A stretch of 63,851 nucleotides of DNA, the filler included, from Octopus bimaculoides (lineage: Eukaryota), in the NCBI RefSeq assembly GCF_001194135.2. It is 6 parts of 5 records of this genome, joined end to end, with 100 filler letters (N's around TTAATTAATTAA, not from the genome) between each part and the next. Parts side by side here need not be neighbours in the genome. Positions count along the whole stretch, not along the records: positions 60,337 to 63,851 come from NC_068989.1; 5 more parts are not named here. One strand, written 5' to 3'. Positions within the stretch are counted from its first letter, which is position 1. Each line of letters begins with the position of its first letter. The position numbers and the translations under genes were made by a program. Below are positions 61,332 to 63,851 of the stretch, piece by piece. Below the pieces are notes generated by a model. The model was not told the DNA's origin, ran no database searches, and saw only the letters and a program-made list of their open reading frames with translations.

Positions 61332-62113
61332 GAGAGAGAGAACGTGACAAACAAATACAGCAAGCAGGCAACAGGCATTGACTTCAAACCACGCAGACTG
61401 GTGAACACTAAACACATCCTTATGTACGGACACACATACAAAATATTTTGGGTTGTGCTGAACATCTAATTTAGAAGCCAATTGACAGATTTATCTTTAG
61501 CTATCCAGTAGTTCTACACTTTTATCGATCGACCGACCGAACGAAACGAATGAATGAGCGATCGATCAATCAATCCATCGACGTTTCCAATTTTATCTAT
61601 CAGCCAGCCTGCCAAGCTATCTGTCTAAAGGTTGCAGCTTAATTGAAATAGCCCAGCGGTTAACATGTCCGCCTACACAACAGCTGTGAACCGGCTCTTT
61701 TCACAATTGGAGAATAGCAATGTGGGAGAGGGTTGAGGGCTATAATGCCTTTATGTACCTTGCTGTACTGAGTCATTGACGACATTAAATCGCAACATGA
61801 TAGCAATTGATATGTTAGCTTATTTTATGACGGTCGAGCATATTTTGCAATTTTGTTTTGTTTCGTATTACTTGTAACTAGTTCTTTATGCGAGCGTACT
61901 TATATGTATGTGCGTATATCTATATTTGTGTATTGGGGAGAGTGCATATATATACATAGGTATACGCACATACATACATACACACACATACACACATACA
62001 CACACACACAAACACACACGCATACACATATATATGGGCGCAACCACTCTTTATACATAAACATATTTTTATATAGATAGCATACATATGTATATAAACA
62101 TATACATATGTAA

Positions 62114-62144
<31 letters not shown>

Positions 62145-62173
62145 TGTGTAATATATTATATATATTATATATA

Positions 62174-63395
62174 CGAGGGTCTGCTGAAAATTTCATAAGC
62201 TGATCAAGATATTCTCATCGAGTGTGACCTAAGGAGTATTAGTTTTCAGCTTAGTCCACCTTACGGTTCACACATTTCTTTTATCGGTGTAGCAGAGCTT
62301 GGCTCTCATTAGTGAAGAAGATTTCATCATGTTAATCAAAGCAGTCATTAACTGCAGATATGACGTCATCATCACTGCGATACTGGTTCTCAGCCAAGTG
62401 TTTTTCTATTTTTGAGGAACAGATAGTTGTCAGAGGGGACCAAATCAGGAGAATAAGGAGGGTGATCAACCAGTTAAAAGCCACAATTACACACAGCAGC
62501 CGTTGAAAACAAGGACCTGTGTTCTGGAGCATTTTTCTGACGAAACAAGTCCTTTTTCATCAGTTTTCCTGGGCGCCTGGTCTTGATAACCTTTCGTAGC
62601 TACCTGAGCAAGTATGCCAAATACTCTCAAATGATGGTGTAGCCCTTTTCAAGATAGTCAATAAACACAGTGCTGAAGCCATAACGACTTTGGAGCAGGT
62701 GAGGAAGATTGTCTATTTACAGCTGGTTCAATGTGATAAACCAAACACTCATCCTGGATTGAGATGCGTCCAAGGAAATCAGTTGGATCTACCTCTAACA
62801 ATATCAGAGTTTCCCGTGATGTAATCAGCTTGGTGCGCTTCTGATCAGGTGTCAAAAAACTTGGCACCCACCAAACAGAAACCTTCGTCATGCCAAGTTC
62901 ATTGGACAGAATATTCACAAATTTCACGAGATATGCTTAAAGCATTGACTGTTTGAGTTATAGTCAATCGCCTGTCATTTATCACCGTTTGGTGAATAGG
63001 GTCAGCGTTTTCCACGGTGGTGGTAGTTCAGGACGTCCTGAACTTGAGTTATCATCAAGACTCTCTCTTCTCCTAAATTCAGCAACCCACGTTTGCACCG
63101 TTGAAGAAGCTGATGCGTCATCCTTTAATGTAGCAACCATGTCAGAATGAATGTCCTTGGGTGCTATACCTTTTCTCTGTAGGTACTTGATAGCACCTCA
63201 TTGCCAGATTTTGTTCATTTTCAAGAGAGATCGCTACCAGCTACATTTTAGGTTTTCTTTAAACAGTGAGATGTCAGTTCACCAGGAAAGAAACAATGGA
63301 GTTACTAATAAAAAAGTGTTGCAATTAATACATGCAAGATTTCGGAGCCTTAGCATCACTTTTTCATAGTCTGCCTATGAACATTTTAGCTCAGC

Positions 63396-63399
<4 letters not shown>
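62174..63399 (-). mobile_element. Near full-length mariner (DD34D-type) transposon with both TIRs; transposase pseudogenised
   Basis: TA|CGAGGGTCTGCTGAAAATTTCATAAGCTGA at the left and TCTGCCTATGAACATTTTAGCTCAGCCTCA|TA at the right; 1226 bp. The minus strand reads MNKIWQ*GAIKYLQRKG...TWVAEFRRRESLDDNSSSGRP, ELGMTKVSVWWVPSFLT, IQDE..VYHIEP, DHPPYSPDLVPSDNYLF, HLAENQYRSDDDVISAV. Confidence 0.93.
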
Positions 63400-63438
<39 letters not shown>

Positions 63439-63444
63439 TTCTAT

Positions 63445-63831
63445 TTTCTTTATTCTTTTACTTCTTTCAGTCATTTGACTGCGGCCATGCTGGAGTACCG
63501 CCTTTAGTCGAGCAAATCGACCCAGGACTTATTCTTTTGTAAGCCTAGTACTTACTCTATCGGTCTCTTTTGCCGAACCGCCAACACTAACATCGGTTCT
63601 CAAGCGATGCTGCAGGAACAAACACAGACATACAAACATATACATACACATACATATACGCATATATACGACGGGATTCTTTCAGTTTCCGTCTACCAAA
63701 TCCACTCAGAAGGCTTTGGTCGGCTCGAGGCCATAGCAGAAGACACTTGCCCAAGGTGCCACGCAGTGGGACTGAACCCGTATCCATGTGGTTGATAAGT
63801 AAGCTACTTACCACACAGCCACTCCTGCACC
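63445..63831 (-). mobile_element. SINE family A, best-preserved full-length copy
   Basis: Reverse complement: GGTGCAGGAGTGGCTGTGTGG (A box), GGTTCAGTCCC (B box), CACCTTGGGCAAGTGTCTT (CORE-like), short TA/TG tract, GCGGTTCGGCAAAAGAGACCGATAG, GGCGGTACTCCAGCATGGCCGCAGTCAAATGACTGAAAG, A-rich end. Confidence 0.95.
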
Positions 63832-63851
63832 TTCTATGCTATATATATATA

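Noticed and set aside
63760-63831. tRNA-like sequences with A and B boxes
   Set aside because: They continue into SINE bodies and lack an acceptor stem; these are SINE heads, not tRNA genes.

Overview
Eukaryotic, AT-rich, repeat-saturated genomic DNA from a gappy short-read assembly. It has about 21 N-gaps (~7.7 kb), nearly all flanked by microsatellites. Five gaps are exactly 100 bp and carry an artificial TTAATTAATTAA spacer. The repeat landscape (dense TA/TG/GATA/TATG microsatellites, several tRNA-derived SINE families) looks like an octopus genome; this is an inference from pattern recognition, not a database result. I cannot identify any host protein-coding gene, and almost all ORFs in the track are microsatellite or N artefacts. 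Supported content is transposon debris: two Penelope-like remnants (GIY-YIG and RT), a CR1/L2-type LINE 3' end, an RTE scrap, two L1/Tx1-type remnants, three Tc1/mariner-superfamily elements (one near full length with TIRs), a ~530-bp foldback MITE, a 531-bp solo LTR with a 4-bp TSD, and >25 SINE copies in four families that I label A-D. The most interesting observations are: (1) SINE family A shares its 3' tail with the CR1/L2-type LINE, a candidate SINE-LINE partner pair; (2) two clean nested insertions with intact TSDs fall in the same tail segment of SINE A; (3) a strand-specific cluster of CGGGTA motifs at 38.0-38.85 kb overlaps a CpG-rich patch; (4) a set of plus-strand exon candidates, including a 10-nt microexon, suggests the window may be intronic; (5) a palindromic (CCCTAA)/(TTAGGG) junction is present in the non-fusion orientation. 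All exon calls are low confidence.
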